A stretch of DNA of 63,998 nt, filler included, from Streblomastix strix (taxonomy: Eukaryota): the NCBI GenBank assembly GCA_008636045.1. It is 4 parts of 4 records of this genome, joined end to end, with 100 filler letters (N's around TTAATTAATTAA, not from the genome) between each part and the next. Parts side by side here need not be neighbours in the genome. Positions count along the whole stretch, not along the records: positions 1 to 15,986 come from SNRW01000892.1; 3 more parts are not named here. The stretch is one strand, 5' to 3'. The notes under the pieces were generated by a model, which was not told the DNA's origin, made no database searches, and saw nothing but the letters and a program-made list of their open reading frames with translations. Position 1 is the stretch's first letter. Each line of letters starts with the position of its first letter. Positions 1-14,249 of this stretch are shown piece after piece. The position numbers were made by a program, and so were the translations under genes.

Positions 1-2
1 AG

Positions 3-989
3 AATAAATTACCATCTCCAACTGCATTTCCTCCAAGTGATTAGAGACATCTTGAGTTTATTGGACATGCTGCAGCCATTCGAGCAAAGACATATCAATT
101 GGCAGTACCAGAAGCATTGAATTGGAAAGAAATAGCAGCAGTTGCAACATCCACACCGATTTAGCCATTTGTACCTCGTTCTGATGTTAAAGTTGAAGTA
201 GAAACAAATGCTGTAAAAGAAGAATAGAAGAAAGATGAAACAGATTCAGAAGAAGAGGAAAGACATTTTAAAGAAGAAATTGCGAGGCTTCCATCTGCAT
301 AAGACTTGATTAAATAAGGATTGAATATAATTGGAGAGGATTTTGAGAAGGATGATGATACAAATCATCACATTGACTTCATAACATCATGTTCCAATCT
401 TCGTGCAATTAACTATGGAATTCCTCCTACTGACAGGGGTCGTATAAAGTAGATTAGTGGGAAGATAATACCTGCAATTGCCACAACTACAGGATTGATA
501 TCTGGACTTTAGTGTATGGAGCTCTACAAACTTGTGTCTCCATGTGAAATATTCAAGAAAATTGATACTTATCGCAACTGGTTCATAAACTTAGCTGTCA
601 ATATATTTACATACTCTGAACCTGGTGCACCACTACCCTTGGAAAAGGGATCTACATACACAGTTTGGGACAGAGTAGATCTAATATTCAAATAAGTACC
701 AACACTTGGTGAATTGATAGAGAGATTAAGAGTTGAGAAGAAGTGGGATGTATCTATGGTGTCATATGGTGTAGGATTACTATTAGCACAGTTTTGGCCA
801 AAAGAAAAAGTTGATGAGCGAAAGAAGTAAAGAATAACCAGTCTTGTGGAAGCTTTAGAGTAGAAGAAGTTGGCTAAAGGAACTGATGTTCTTTGTTTTG
901 TCATCACTGCAGATGTTGAAGGTGCTGATCCTGATGCTGATATGGATTCTTGCCCACCCGTTTTTGTCAATTTCCCTCCATTAGTTTGA
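3..989 (+). CDS. UBA1: Ubiquitin-activating enzyme E1, C-terminal part (5'-truncated)
   Basis: Frame 3 with TAR=Gln reads [29 protein letters not shown]...[15 protein letters not shown], then RNWFINLA and a C-terminal ubiquitin-fold region (YTVWDR). Ends at TGA 987-989. Confidence 0.95.
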
Positions 990-1375
990 CAAAGAACGGC
1001 TTTGGAATAGGGAAAGGAATTTAGTAAGTGACCAATAAAAATAAATGAAAACCATTCATTCTATATATAAATTCTTATATATTGATAAATTACTTATATA
1101 TTTTTTATTAAATCCATATTCCCATTTATTATTTAATTGATGTTATATTGATTAAGATGATTATAGCAAATCAAGTTTTGATTCCACATTGATTTATTCC
1201 ACTTTCATATTTAAAATCCCAATCTGGTCCACAACACAGTCTTTAATCGTTATATAGTCTCCAAAGTTACTTTTCAATAGTTTAAAAAGTGATCTTTTAT
1301 TCCCAAAAATATAAAAAACAAAGTATATTTAATATTTCATTACTATTTATTTATAATTAATCACTCTTTAACATT

Positions 1376-3364
1376 TCAATGCTAGCTCTTCAGTTTCTTG
1401 TGCTTTGTTCTCACATACGTATCCTCTTTTTTACTCGTTTCTTTAGTATTTGATTTTAGCTTTGCACCAACAGCTTTAAATCTCTATTTGAATAATGTTA
1501 ATAGTTATGTAAACAACAATTTTCAAAAAAATGGGGTAATATAAGTGTATATACCTTATTAATATCTGCAACAACTATTTTATGGTCTTCTGGGACATTA
1601 ATAGAATTATTGCCAGTATCATTATTGTTATCATCATCCTAATTAAAAATTATCCGCTCATTATAAGGATTTCCGATTGTGACAGCATGCTTTAGAGTTT
1701 TCTTGATTTTGCTTTTAGTGACACTTTCTAAAAAAATTTTAGACGTCTATTAAGACTAACTTAAAATATTATCAGTTTTCTTAATCTATGAATTAGGTTA
1801 TTGAATTTACTATGAAGAGGTAGAAAATAAATCATTGTCTACTTCCTCATCATCTTAATTATTTTATCCTTATCTTATTTGGTAACGAGATACATTCTCA
1901 TTTTTCTTTAGATCGTGTTCTTACATTCGATCTAAACGAAGACGCTTTCTTTATTATCGACGTTCTAACTTCTTTTACTCATGTTCTGTTATCTTCTTTT
2001 TTTCCTCTTCAGATAGAAGCTATCGAGGAAGTGTCATGTTTGATGTTTGATTGACTTTTGATTTGATCCAAGATTTGCCAAAGAAACCTGCTATATTTTA
2101 ATCATCATTCTTATCATTGCTTTCATTATCACTTTCCTCATATCCTTCTCCTATCCCTTATTCTAAATTATCATCTTCACGTTTTCTTTTTCTTTTTTAC
2201 ATTTAATTATCATCTATTTCTTAATCTTCATTTAATGGCATTATAATTTCTTCTTTACTATTTGTCTATTTATTAATTTAATCATTGTTTTTTAAGTGAA
2301 TAAAAGATATAACTGGCGTTGAACTAAGACCCATTGAATCAGCCAAAGCATCCAAATCAATACTTTACAAATAATAATCCCCTTCATCTTCAAATTCATC
2401 ATCTATGACTTCATTTCCTTTATTATTAATCATAGAATTCGTTTCTTATTATTTTAATTTATTCTTCTAATACAGTTAATTGATATGGCCATGCAAAGGT
2501 GATAATGAAAGACATCTTATATAGGAAATAATGGCTTTTTTAGCTCTATCTTTTAGTGAAGGATCTTTTGTAAGCAAAGTTTATAGCTTTGATTTGATAA
2601 GACTTTAATTTACTTCTGCAATGAATATCTCATTTATATCAACCTTTATTATTAATATATGATAGAAAGAAAATGGATAAATAATGTTCAAATAAACAAA
2701 TAATTATTTAAATAGATTTCAAACTTTTTTTTCAAGAAGCTATGTTACAAAAGGAACCTCAGATGGAAGGAGGAATATGAGTGCCTTTCCTCCTGAGGTA
2801 TACCTGAATATATAAAAATATAAAAATAAATAATTCTTTATTACTAAACATGATACTAAATAACACCTTGCAGTGCGACCAACTCTGTGAATATATTAAT
2901 TTGTATCCTCAGGGCAATCAAATTATATAACCCAATCAACTCCCTGAATATCCAATCCTCTAGATGCAATATCTGTTGTAAGTAACACTCCTTCTTTTAT
3001 CTGTTTAAATCTTTCGTAGACTGCAAATCGTTTCATTTGCTTCATTCTACCATGCAAATATAATGTTGGTGTTCCTGGACGAATCAATCGAAATGCCTCA
3101 CCTACAAATGCAACTTATTTGCATGATGCAAAAAATACCAAAGTTTTCTATTTTTTATGAGTTTTTATAAAACTATACAAAGCAGCTATCTAAAATATTT
3201 AATTCAAATTTAAATTGTGAGAAATAAAGTTAAATAATAAAATACTTTCTACTCAGCATTAATGATAACATAACGCTGAATAAGCTGAGGAGGTATTGGA
3301 GTGTCATCATCTCCGCTTGCCCAAATATATGCAGGCATCTAAATTATATGAGTATAATCAGAAT

Positions 3365-3403
<39 letters not shown>

Positions 3404-3619
3404 GTTATTAAATTATACTTTAAGTGAAAGTCTTCCAAGTGTTCTGACAGATTTTGTTTGAGTTGCCGAAAATAGCATAACTTGTTTTTTCTTTACATTT
3501 AGAATAATAATAATAAAACTAAGAATTTTAATGTTATTATACTTTTGGAAGAGCATTTAGTATTGCATTCATTTGCTCTTGAAACCCCATATCTAAAATT
3601 CTATCAGCTTCATCAAGAA

Positions 3620-3651
<32 letters not shown>

Positions 3652-4401
3652 ATAAATAGATTCGATAAAACATATTTGAATAATAAATTAATAAAATTGA
3701 TTAAAAAACTGAAAAATATTATAATTAACCAAGAATTTATAAATTATCACAATAAAATCCAGGAGTCTCAGTTATATGTTACAATATTCGTCCAGGAGTA
3801 CCAACAATAATATTCATCTGATGAATATGAGCAGACTAATGAAAGAATTCAATATAAAATGAATATTAAATGACCAATAAGCAACCTCTTCTTTGAAGCT
3901 TTTCTTTCCTACAACTAATCCTGCAGATAGTTTGTGACTGGCACCAACTAAATTCAGAGTTTCAAATATTTAAAGAGCTAATTCTCTTGTAGGTGATATA
4001 ATAAGAGCACCAAGTCCATCAGCACTTCTGAAATTGTTGGAATATAGACGTTCAAGGATCTAGAATTGATTATTATAAAGAAAATTATGAATTAATATAT
4101 TAAGTATACAGGAATTATGAAACAAAGAGTTTTCCCTGATCCTGTCCTTGCACACGCAAGAATATCTCTTCCTTTTAAAGATACAGGCAACGACTATCTC
4201 TGAATATCAGTCATAAATTGGTACTTATTCCTTTGCAATCCTTTCTGAGTCTCTGTGCATAAATCAAGTTCACTGAAACTTACTATTAGAAAGCTAGAAA
4301 TTATATATGTACACAAATGTAAAAAGAAGTAAACCATGTTCAGAAGAAAGATTACTGATCAATTATTTAGTTTATGTAGAGAAATCAGTAGCGATACTCA
4401 T
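1376..4401 (-). CDS. DBP4: DEAD-box RNA helicase DBP4/DDX10, multi-exon
   Basis: Motifs [40 protein letters not shown] and [37 protein letters not shown], plus DBP4-type [19 protein letters not shown]. Short GT-AG introns. Start and stop are my best reading. Confidence 0.88.
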
Positions 4402-5061
4402 AAAAATATAATAACTAAATAAAAAAATAAAAACCATGTAAAATATTAATATAAAAATTATGTAAGAAATAATAAAAATAATGTTGTGTGGATAGAAAAT
4501 TTGGAGATAAAGTTGGAAGACACTATCATTTTATAGATCTATTGTCTAGAGCATTTGGATAATAAATTTGACGTATGTTTATTGTAAAAATGTATTATAA
4601 TGATAATAAAATAATGAATTTGAGTATGTCATTCATTTGGTGCGAAATTAATTATAGAATGTTTTGGAATATTATAATGGACATATTTATTTTATTATAA
4701 CCCAGACAATAGCAATCAATTAATCTAAATCATAAAAATTATCTTTTGTGAGACGGATTTTATTGGTCCCATTGCGCCGATTATCCGATTCACGTGTACA
4801 AAAATGGATTTAATCACACTTAGTTAAACATTTCATATATGTTTTAGTATCATTGTTAATTTTAACTTACAATAACCCGTAAAAATATCTGCAACCTGCA
4901 GAGAACATCCATCGCATTTTTCTTGCTTTTCATAGTTATTTTCCTAATATTCTGTTTTTTATTTTGTTCTAAAATGTGTTTATAGTTTAACTGATATATT
5001 AACATTACATTTCAAAATAAAAACTGCATAAAATATGATTTTTTTTATTTATAAACAGATC

Positions 5062-6541
5062 ATGCGGGGAAATAAGCCGGTAGTCATTGATGTAGGGACT
5101 GGATATACTAAAATGGGTCTTGCTTCAAATGCAGCACCAGAGTACATCATACCTAGTGTTTTAGGAATGCGAAACCCAGAACTTGCTGGAAAATCAGGGA
5201 CACTGGCACGCCGTACAGAATTTGAAGATTTAGACTATGTTATTGGATATGAATGCATGGACAATCTTCGAACTTATCCTCCTATCAAATTTATGAATCA
5301 TGGGCTAGTCTCTAATTGGGATGGACTTGAGAAATTCTTGTAAGCATGTTATTTTCGTTATCTTAGATGTAACCCAGAGGACCATCCGCTTGTTTTAGTA
5401 TGTATTTTTTATGTGCCTTTTATTTATGTCTATTTATATATTAATATCACCAATTCAGACCGAGCCACCACTTAACACTCCTGAAAATCGAGAATATTTA
5501 GCAGAAATCCTATTTGAAACCTTCAATGTTCCGAGTATGTATATTGGTGTTTAGGCTGTACTTGCCATTTGTGCATCTTGGATATCAAAACATTAACAAA
5601 ATGTTGCACTTACAGGAACGGTAGTAGATTCAGGTGATGGAGTCACACACATTATTCCAGTGGTATGTTAATTAATTATTTCTACTCAATAATAACTGTT
5701 ATTCATTTGTTTAGTTTGACGGAGCTGTTATTCCATCAGCAATCAAACACATCCCAATTGCTGGTGGTGATGTAACAAAGTTTATCTTAGATATGATAAG
5801 AGATAGGGAACATGATCTTCCACCTGATGAAGCTATTGCAACTGCAAAATATATAAAAGTTTGCAAATGTCAACATTATTTCTCCAATTTATTATAATTT
5901 AATAATAAACCTAGGAGAACTATTGTTACGTAACAAGTGATCTTCTGAAAGAGTTTGATAAATTTGATAAGGATCAACCAGATACATTTATTGATTACAA
6001 GGGTACTCACCAAGTTACACAGAAGGTATGAAATACTTATTTTCTTGTATTTAACAAATTATTTTATTATTATTTATGTTAAAAGCCATATACAGTTGGT
6101 GTGGGATATGAGCGCTTTCTTGCCCCAGAGATCTTTTTCCAACCTGAGATCCTTTAAGCTGATTTTACTGTTGGAATTCCATAACTCGTTGATTAAGCAG
6201 TTCAAATGTCACCAGTCGATACTAGACGTGCTTTGTATGGTAATGTGGTTCTGTCTGGTGGATCGACCATGTTCTCCAATTACCACAAGCGCCTGCAAAA
6301 GGAATTGTAAGGAATTGTTAATGACAGACTTCATTAGCATGAGGTAAGATCTGGGGGTGTGAAACCTACACCTATTGATGTAAAAGTGATATCACACAAG
6401 TTCCAGAGATATGCAGTTTTTCTTGGTGGAACGATGCTTGGTAACTCTGAAATATTTGCTACGCTTGCACATACAAAGAAGGAATACGATGAGATTGGGC
6501 CAGCAGTGTGCAGGACGTCTGCAACTTTCCAGAAGTTATGA
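5062..6541 (+). CDS. ARP3: Actin-related protein 3 (Arp2/3 complex), 4 introns
   Basis: [91 protein letters not shown]. Stop TGA 6539-6541. Confidence 0.95.
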
Positions 6542-6837
6542 ATGAACTGACAGTCTTATGATAATATATAATGCTTTTAAATAAAATATGTGATTTTATG
6601 ATTTTTTATCAATATTCTCAATTTAATTTCTCCATAATTCAATAACTGAGTATACAAATAAAAAAAACTGCGTAGGTTGCACTTTTTATTTTCATTAGTG
6701 AGTTTCTATCACTTATAACAATTATCAAGTTCAATTTATTAATCAAAACATCGTAATTCTACTTGTAAGGCTCAAATTACTCCTTTTTAATTATATTTTG
6801 TTTTTTTCCATTTTTATTAGAAGATTTTATATATATA

Positions 6838-9800
6838 ATGGCAAGCACATAACGTACAATAGCGTTTTGTGCTGTTATTCTTGTCTACATATCCATAATT
6901 GTTTTGGCATCAATATTTGATTTCTACGCAAGGTTCCAAATACTCGCAGGAGCAGCATTCCTACTAACAATTTCCATAATCAACTTTTGTTTAAATTATC
7001 GGTTCTGGGATTTACGAATTAAAAGCATGAAAACAAATAGAGATGGTGATAGACCTTCACCAACTGGGATATTTATTATCGCGTTGATATTTGGCTTGCT
7101 TGTTGCCATTATCACAGTTCTCTTCGACATTGTTGTTCCTTCTGAATCTTCAGCAAATTGAACAGCAGAAATTATTCATGATATTGTACTTTCTACATAT
7201 ATTATTATTCCATCCTTGCCTTTCTGCCTATCATGGTTAACATCTGTTGTACGAGCAACTGGATCGGCATAGCTCCTCCATATTGCAGCTGTATGTTCAG
7301 TATGCATTTTACAATTATATATATGTTTATTATCTATTTATTATATATTTATTATATATTTATTATATATTTATTAAATCACTCTATAGGCCCCAAGAAA
7401 AAAAATTGAACGGCTTTATTTTGTTGATGAATAAAAGAATGTAGAAACTGAAAGAAAAAGGCTTAAAATAAGTTCCAAAGCAACTCGTAGTCTTGTTTTC
7501 CATCTTTTAAAAGGTGATAAAGAACTTGCTAAGAGAGCTTTGCATTTACCTATGGCACTTGGAAGAACAAGTACTGTTTGTATAACTGATGCTGGAATGC
7601 CAATCGCTGAGGTAAGATACATTATTATATGAAGAATATTATTTATTTGTTGACACTTTTTACATATATACAAGCCAGTTCCAATTGTAATGAGTATTAA
7701 TGTTCCTCTTTCTTAATAGGAAGGTCTAATTGAAAGAGAGAAAGATATTCATAATGAATTGAATGAAGGGAATGATGAAAGCGTGGGATCTGAAAGAGAA
7801 ATGAATGAAGACACTAAAATTAGTTTTTCAGATTCTTTTCCACAGAATGTGACTAACATTGGACTTAATAATAATAAATAAGAAAATATTAGGAATATAG
7901 AACTAAACAATGGAATAGATAGTAAATGCGCTGATGAAACATTATTTGCAGTTCCATATATGAAAGAATACTAATTATTTTAAAAAGTTTGCTAAAAATA
8001 TTTTTTTTTGCATATATATTTATTATATTACATTAATATCTATTCATCAATTTCAAAGAATGTGACATCATAATTAAATAATTTACCATTTACACCTTCA
8101 ATATTTATGCTTTCATCTCCATAACTGTCTCCATCATAAACTTTATCTTCTTCTGTAATTGACAACCCAACTTCACCTTCAAATTCTCCTTCATTCTCAA
8201 TTCCATGGGGGTTCTCTCGTTTGATGGCCTTTAAAGATAAAGACTGGAAAAAGAGGTTTTCATTTATTAATTATATTTTGTTTACTATATTTTATTCATT
8301 TCCATTCCTCAAATTTGTTTTACAGTTCCTTGCAACCTCTTGGTATGTGCAGTTTCTTATTGGCTTTGAATCATCCTTCAATTGCATATGATCCTCTTTC
8401 TGATGCTCTTCTTAGCGCAAATACTGCTATTGGATTTGATGCTGAAATACAATAGAGATATGTTCCTTTATTTTCAATAACCACAACTATTCCTGAGATA
8501 ATGACTGCTGATTCTTGCTAAAGAAAAATATGGATTACAAAATCTTAAGAGAATTAACTTGATGCTAAAGAATAAAAAATACAGTTTACGACAATTAGCA
8601 AAGAATAATAATTTGAATCATAGACAAAAAGAAAATAATTGAGAAAAAAGAAGAAGAAATTAAAACGTAGAAAAATTCTTGCAAATGAATCTGATAATGA
8701 AAATGATTCATTTTAATATCCTAATCTTCATAATCATCGTTAGAGTCTTTTAAATAACTTACAGTAAAACACACAGTTGCTTTTTAATAGTTAGGCAATG
8801 ATAACGTATGAAAATGAAAATTAATTTTGTTCAAAAAATCAAGATTAAATAATTCAACCTGAAATTGAACAAACTTTATTTGAAAATCTATAATAAAACA
8901 TTCATAAATAACCACATGTTGTTGAATATAGAGATCCACGACATTCTAAATAAGATCTTACAAAATTATTTGATAATAGTAATGAGATTAAACTTTCAAA
9001 ACGTGGAGGTGGAACAACAAAAGTTTGTGTAAATAGAGTTAAAGAACATAATAATACTGGGTTTATTTTCTCTTTGTTAGTTGCTGAGAAGAATATGGAA
9101 TAGGAATCTGAAAATAATGAAAATTCATCTTAATCAGAATTAAACTCTATTAACTCTGAAATAAGAAAGTTATAACATAGGTAAAAAGGAGAAAAAGAAA
9201 AAAGAAAGAAAATGGAAAGATATAAAGTTAAAGATAATATAAAGAAGATGATCAATTCTAAAGACTTTAAAAAGAGAAAGTAACCATCAAGAGGAAATGA
9301 TGAAGGCAATGATGATAATAATGATTCAAGTAATGAAAGAAGCGAATCAACTGATGAATCAGATTCATAATCTGATTCTTCTCTTCCATTAGATACACCT
9401 TCTCACCCATAATAAGATATATTTCACTTATTTTCATGCGGAACTCCAAGGTTTGATTTATTTTTATTTTAAATCATTATATTTATCTATTTTTCTTCTG
9501 GTATATTAGAGCGATTTTGAATAATTGTACAGAATATTTCAATGGAGAATAACAATTATCTCTGAATTAACATTTACGTGAAGAAATACTGAGTAATTTG
9601 GAACAGCAAATAAAAGATTCTGGACTTGGAGCAATTGCATTTTCATTAACACCATTGGCTGAAAAATTTAAAAGTGCCTTTATGAAATCTAGATAAGAGA
9701 AAAGAGAGGAGTAAAAAGTGAATGATGATTGGGAGATCATGAAAGAGAGAGAAAGGAGGAAAATAAGAGAAATAGAAAAAGAGAAAGAAAAAGAATAAGA

Positions 9801-12800
9801 GAAAGAATAAGAGAATGAATTAGAAAGGAAGAAGAGCTTCAGAGAAAGACTGATAAGAAAGAAGAAAGAGAAGGAGAAGGATAAAGACAGAATTAAATTG
9901 AATGATTCTAATTTTGAATTGAAGAGAAAAGGAACATAAAATATTTGGTGGAGGGAAGATATTATACATAGATAACTTGAAGATATAATTGCTGATGATG
10001 AAAATGATATATAAGAAACAAGTGGAGATAATGTTTCTCCAAGAAGTAATTTCAAAGCTAATTAATCACAATAGAATAAATAAGAATCTTCTTCATAACC
10101 CGAATTGTGTCTTCTGCCTTCAGTTTGCATTGATATTCCAAGTAGCATAAATTCTCCATTTATTGTTAATGGAAAAAAAGATCATAAATCATCGATGAGA
10201 AATGTGATATTGGCATGTAGAGATAGAGAAGCAAGATCTGGTTTAAAACCAGATTTATTTTAAGAAATAAATGATTAAGATTTAAGAGATTTAAGAATTG
10301 AAGAAAAAAGTGAATAGATTGAAAATTAAGATGAATATCAATTAAATGAAAAAAAGATTTAATATATTGATGAAAACATTGAAGGATGTTGGGAATGGGA
10401 TGGAGTTTATATATAAGATGAAGAAGTTGAAGATTAAAATGAAGAAAAAGAGCAATTATAATTTTTGCACGAAGATGAAAAATTCGAGTACAAATATGTA
10501 TATGAATATTATATCAATTAGATTAACGAAAAATAAATTTAATAAGAATAGATATTATAAAAATCTTAATAGGAATAAATAAAATTAAAAATTAATTCAA
10601 AATATTAAAACATTCATAATGAAGAAGATTGATAAAAATAGTAAGTTATTTTGACAAGAAATGGTTAGAACATTTATTAATATGATAAATTTTATTTTAT
10701 TATTTTATTATACTATATCTATTTATTGAATAGAATCCATCCGTTTTTGCTAAAGTGGATAAATTTTTCTTGGATTCATTATAGTTAAATTGGCTCCAAT
10801 ACGATCAGATGTATTGTGTTTAGCTAAGAGACTCGAATAAGCTGGAATACATTTAGTACTGTTCTGTGCTGCAAATGAAGTTTATTTTTTTTCATATATA
10901 TTATTTAGATTAAATTTAATCATTTTCTTTTGTTCATTAAATAGGGAACAACAAAGTATATAGGTGAAGATATGAAGATGGATACTGACTGGAACTCCTG
11001 CATTTCTTTGTCTTCTACTTTCACTACATACAATGATTATAAGAGTCCAGCTTCACATAATAATAATTATATATCTAAGTCATATGATCCACTTCCTTTG
11101 AAACCAATTGAAGTTTCATTTAGGTAATCAGCACCCATCGCTGAAAATTTTATTGCTTCTCCAGATATAGCATTCTCATCAAATTAATTTTCACTTAAAC
11201 CTTTTGATGCAAAAAAGAGATATTCATCTTTTAGTGATTATTCATAACTTTCATAATAGTAATAATAATAGAATTCATTTTAATAATAACCAACACTATC
11301 CAAATTCTTCTCTTATGCCGATTTTATGCTTCCTTCAGAATTTGCATGTGAAGAAGACTTTGAAACATCTTTGCCAAGAGGAATAGCTGCTTTGAAACGT
11401 CATATGCAGTACAAAGATGATGTGCCTCTTCGTGTTTAACTATTTTGTGGATGCTCACCTCATACAATGAAAAAAATGGTATAATTATTTTATTTGTATT
11501 TTAGATTTATTTTTTATTTCATTTATTGATAATAAGATCTCGATATATACTTAATTTGGCATAACAGTATGTTCTTTGACAGCTTCACCAATTCACAATG
11601 AATAATCACACTTCAAACTTTGTTTTGATGATAAATGGCCTCTTCAACTTGTTCCAACACGTAATCCATACACACTATAACCGACAAGTAAAGTAACAGA
11701 TATAAATGAAGGAGATAAGAAAGAAAAAGAATTTGGAGATTCTAAAACAATTGAAAATAGTAGAAATATTGAAATGTAACAGATAATAAATTTAGATAAT
11801 AAAAACAATCCCGATTAACATTTATCAGTAGAATAATCTGGCATCTATTAAGATAATATTGATAATAATGATCTTTTAAATAGTAAATCAATTCTTCCTC
11901 GTATAGAATATTTCAGAGCTTTATCTAGATTTCCTTTAAGTCGTTCTATTATTGGTAATCGTGTAGAATTTGGTGGATTTGGAAGATTTGGAACATCGGC
12001 TGTCTTAAGTTTTTCTAGACAAGTTAAAAATAATATTCATATTGAAAGTGAAAATTAGAATGATAAAAAACTAAATAAGGTATAAAATTTTTCGCAATTA
12101 AATGATTTAGACAACATTTTTACTAATTTTTATTAATAAAATATGAAGTAATAAACAGTATTAGAACCAATTTCATATAATTCATTAGGTGTTCCACCCA
12201 TGAAGTTTGAAGAATCCACATTTTCATCATCATCAGCAAATCCTCCTGAAACTTCGCTTGAATTAAATGTAAGAGGAATGAGATGGGAAAGATTAATACA
12301 TGTTTTTACAATTGCTAAGAGTATATGTAGAAATACAGAACAAGTATGAATTATTAATTAAATCTAAGAAATGAATAAAAATAGATCAAGAAATGAAATA
12401 TTATTATTTCGTTTTTTATTATCTCTTATATCAGGTATTCCGTTTTTCATCAAGATACGCACTCTTTCTTGTTATCTTGAATGCTCTTCCTCAACTTATT
12501 GGTCTTCCACCACTTATAACACCACTATAAACTGCAATTCATACTGCAATATCAATTCCTTTAATTTCAATAGCTTTATTGTTCACTCCTGTTTATGAAG
12601 AATAATGGAAAGAGCTTTCAGATAGATAACTTCCAGAGAAGATTCCCGATATGTTTATGGATAGCTTGTCTGATTTAAAGAATGAAAATATTATTTCAAA
12701 ATAGAAAAAAGAAAGAATTGTGAACGAAATTGATTGTCAATAAAATATTGAAAAAGATAAAGATTAAAATGATTTCCTACAATTTTCAGGTTAATCTTCA

Positions 12801-13976
12801 CAATAAATATAAAATAATCAGTAGCATGAAAATAACTCATCATAATAATCTTCTGAAATTCTTACAGAATCAGCAGACAATTAACTTATTTCTTAATAAC
12901 ATCAAACTTTATCATAAATTTCTAATCCTATAAATTTATCATTTTCAAATCTTCAATCTTGTAGTTCTCCATTTCCAAAAGCTGCTCTTTCTCGAGCATC
13001 TGCAATATCATTACAAAATATTCTTCCTTATTCACCTCCAGTGCGTAATTAATCTATGGATATCCCTGCAGAAGGACCAAATAACTTCTTAGATTTTGGT
13101 CTCTACGCAAAATCACCTTTTTATCCTCGCGGAATTAGATTCACTTAGAAATGTTTTCCATTTTGCTACATGTCTCCATATGCTTTACTTAGTTTCATGT
13201 TCTTCATTGTTCCTACAACAATAATACTCATTTTTATTCATTGGAGGTATATTATTATTATTATTTATTTATATATTTATTTATTAATTAATTATATTTT
13301 CTTTAATAATATTTCAGCATTTGTAGATCTTCATTTTAATCAGATACTCTTCGCGCGCCACTCTTCTTTAATCATATGATAATTAATGATTCATATGTAC
13401 CGACAATAAAAGATTTAGATGTCTGGGGTTCTACAGTTTCTATCTCACAAAGCATCTGCTCATTTCTATTCTCTGTTTATGTTGGTTTGTTTTAAAATTG
13501 TAATAATTTTATTTGTTTTAGCAAATGGATTTTATAATCTTTTTTTTTGCAGCTATTCATTCAGCTTGTTTTGTTTTTCCTACAAAATCGTTCTTTAGTA
13601 TAGTGCCATTCAGGAACAAATTATGGGTTGTAACATGTATCTGCCAGTTTGCAGCTATTATTAAATATTATCATGGTCATTTTTTTTCAATTTGATTGAT
13701 ATTGATAGCCTAATTTTTTAGATGGTTGTTTCTCTGCTTACGTGTATCTTGACTTCTGTTATTTTCCCTACAAATCCTCTTCCTGAATAGACAAATGCTC
13801 AATTTCACTTCATTTTTCCTGGTTGGTCAATTGCAATCGCCGTAATTTGGGTAATAGTTTGCTTGGTACTAGACGTTGCAACATAGAAATACAGAGAACA
13901 GTACTTTATCAAGAACCAAATGCTGAGATTAATAGATTTTCAGACAAAGCTGGGTATAATGTCCCCGGATCTTTGA
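6838..13976 (+). CDS. TMEM94: TMEM94 (KIAA0195)-like degenerate P-type-ATPase-fold membrane protein; multi-exon, large low-complexity inserts, two in-frame TGA
   Basis: Blocks match remembered TMEM94 motifs: SLQPLGM, LFSCGTP..ILNNCTEYFNG, SGQIFLG..RLEQAGIHLVLF, EDMKMDTDWNSCISLS, SLPRGIAALKRHMQYKDDVPLRVQLFCGCSPHTMKKM, C-terminal FQTKLGIMSPDL*. In-frame TGA at 7159 and 10630. Confidence 0.85.
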
Positions 13977-14249
13977 AAATCTTTTTACAAATTTGCAAAT
14001 TCCATACTTAATAAAGTAAAAATTTATTTTGATGCTTCGAATAAATACCAACTGATAAAGCTAATTTCTTTTTATAAACAAATTCTCACAGTACAACTTC
14101 TTCTCTATACTACCAGTTTAATAATATAAAATGAATGTGATTTTACCAACTAATAGATATATATTCATAGATGTTGAAATTTTATATTTCATTATCAAAA
14201 TAATTATATATAAAGGGGATCTTAATAAAGTATTATTAATTTATTGACC

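Noticed and set aside
569..970. Minus-strand ORF in the supplied track, and similar ones such as 9567-10055 and 22157-22360
   Set aside because: Antisense shadows of real code-6 genes; the track used the standard code.
3367..3646. (AAT)n and (TA)n tracts
   Set aside because: Ordinary intronic microsatellites in DBP4.
7159..7161. Selenocysteine reading of internal TGA
   Set aside because: Not a Cys or redox context, and I saw no SECIS-like hairpin.
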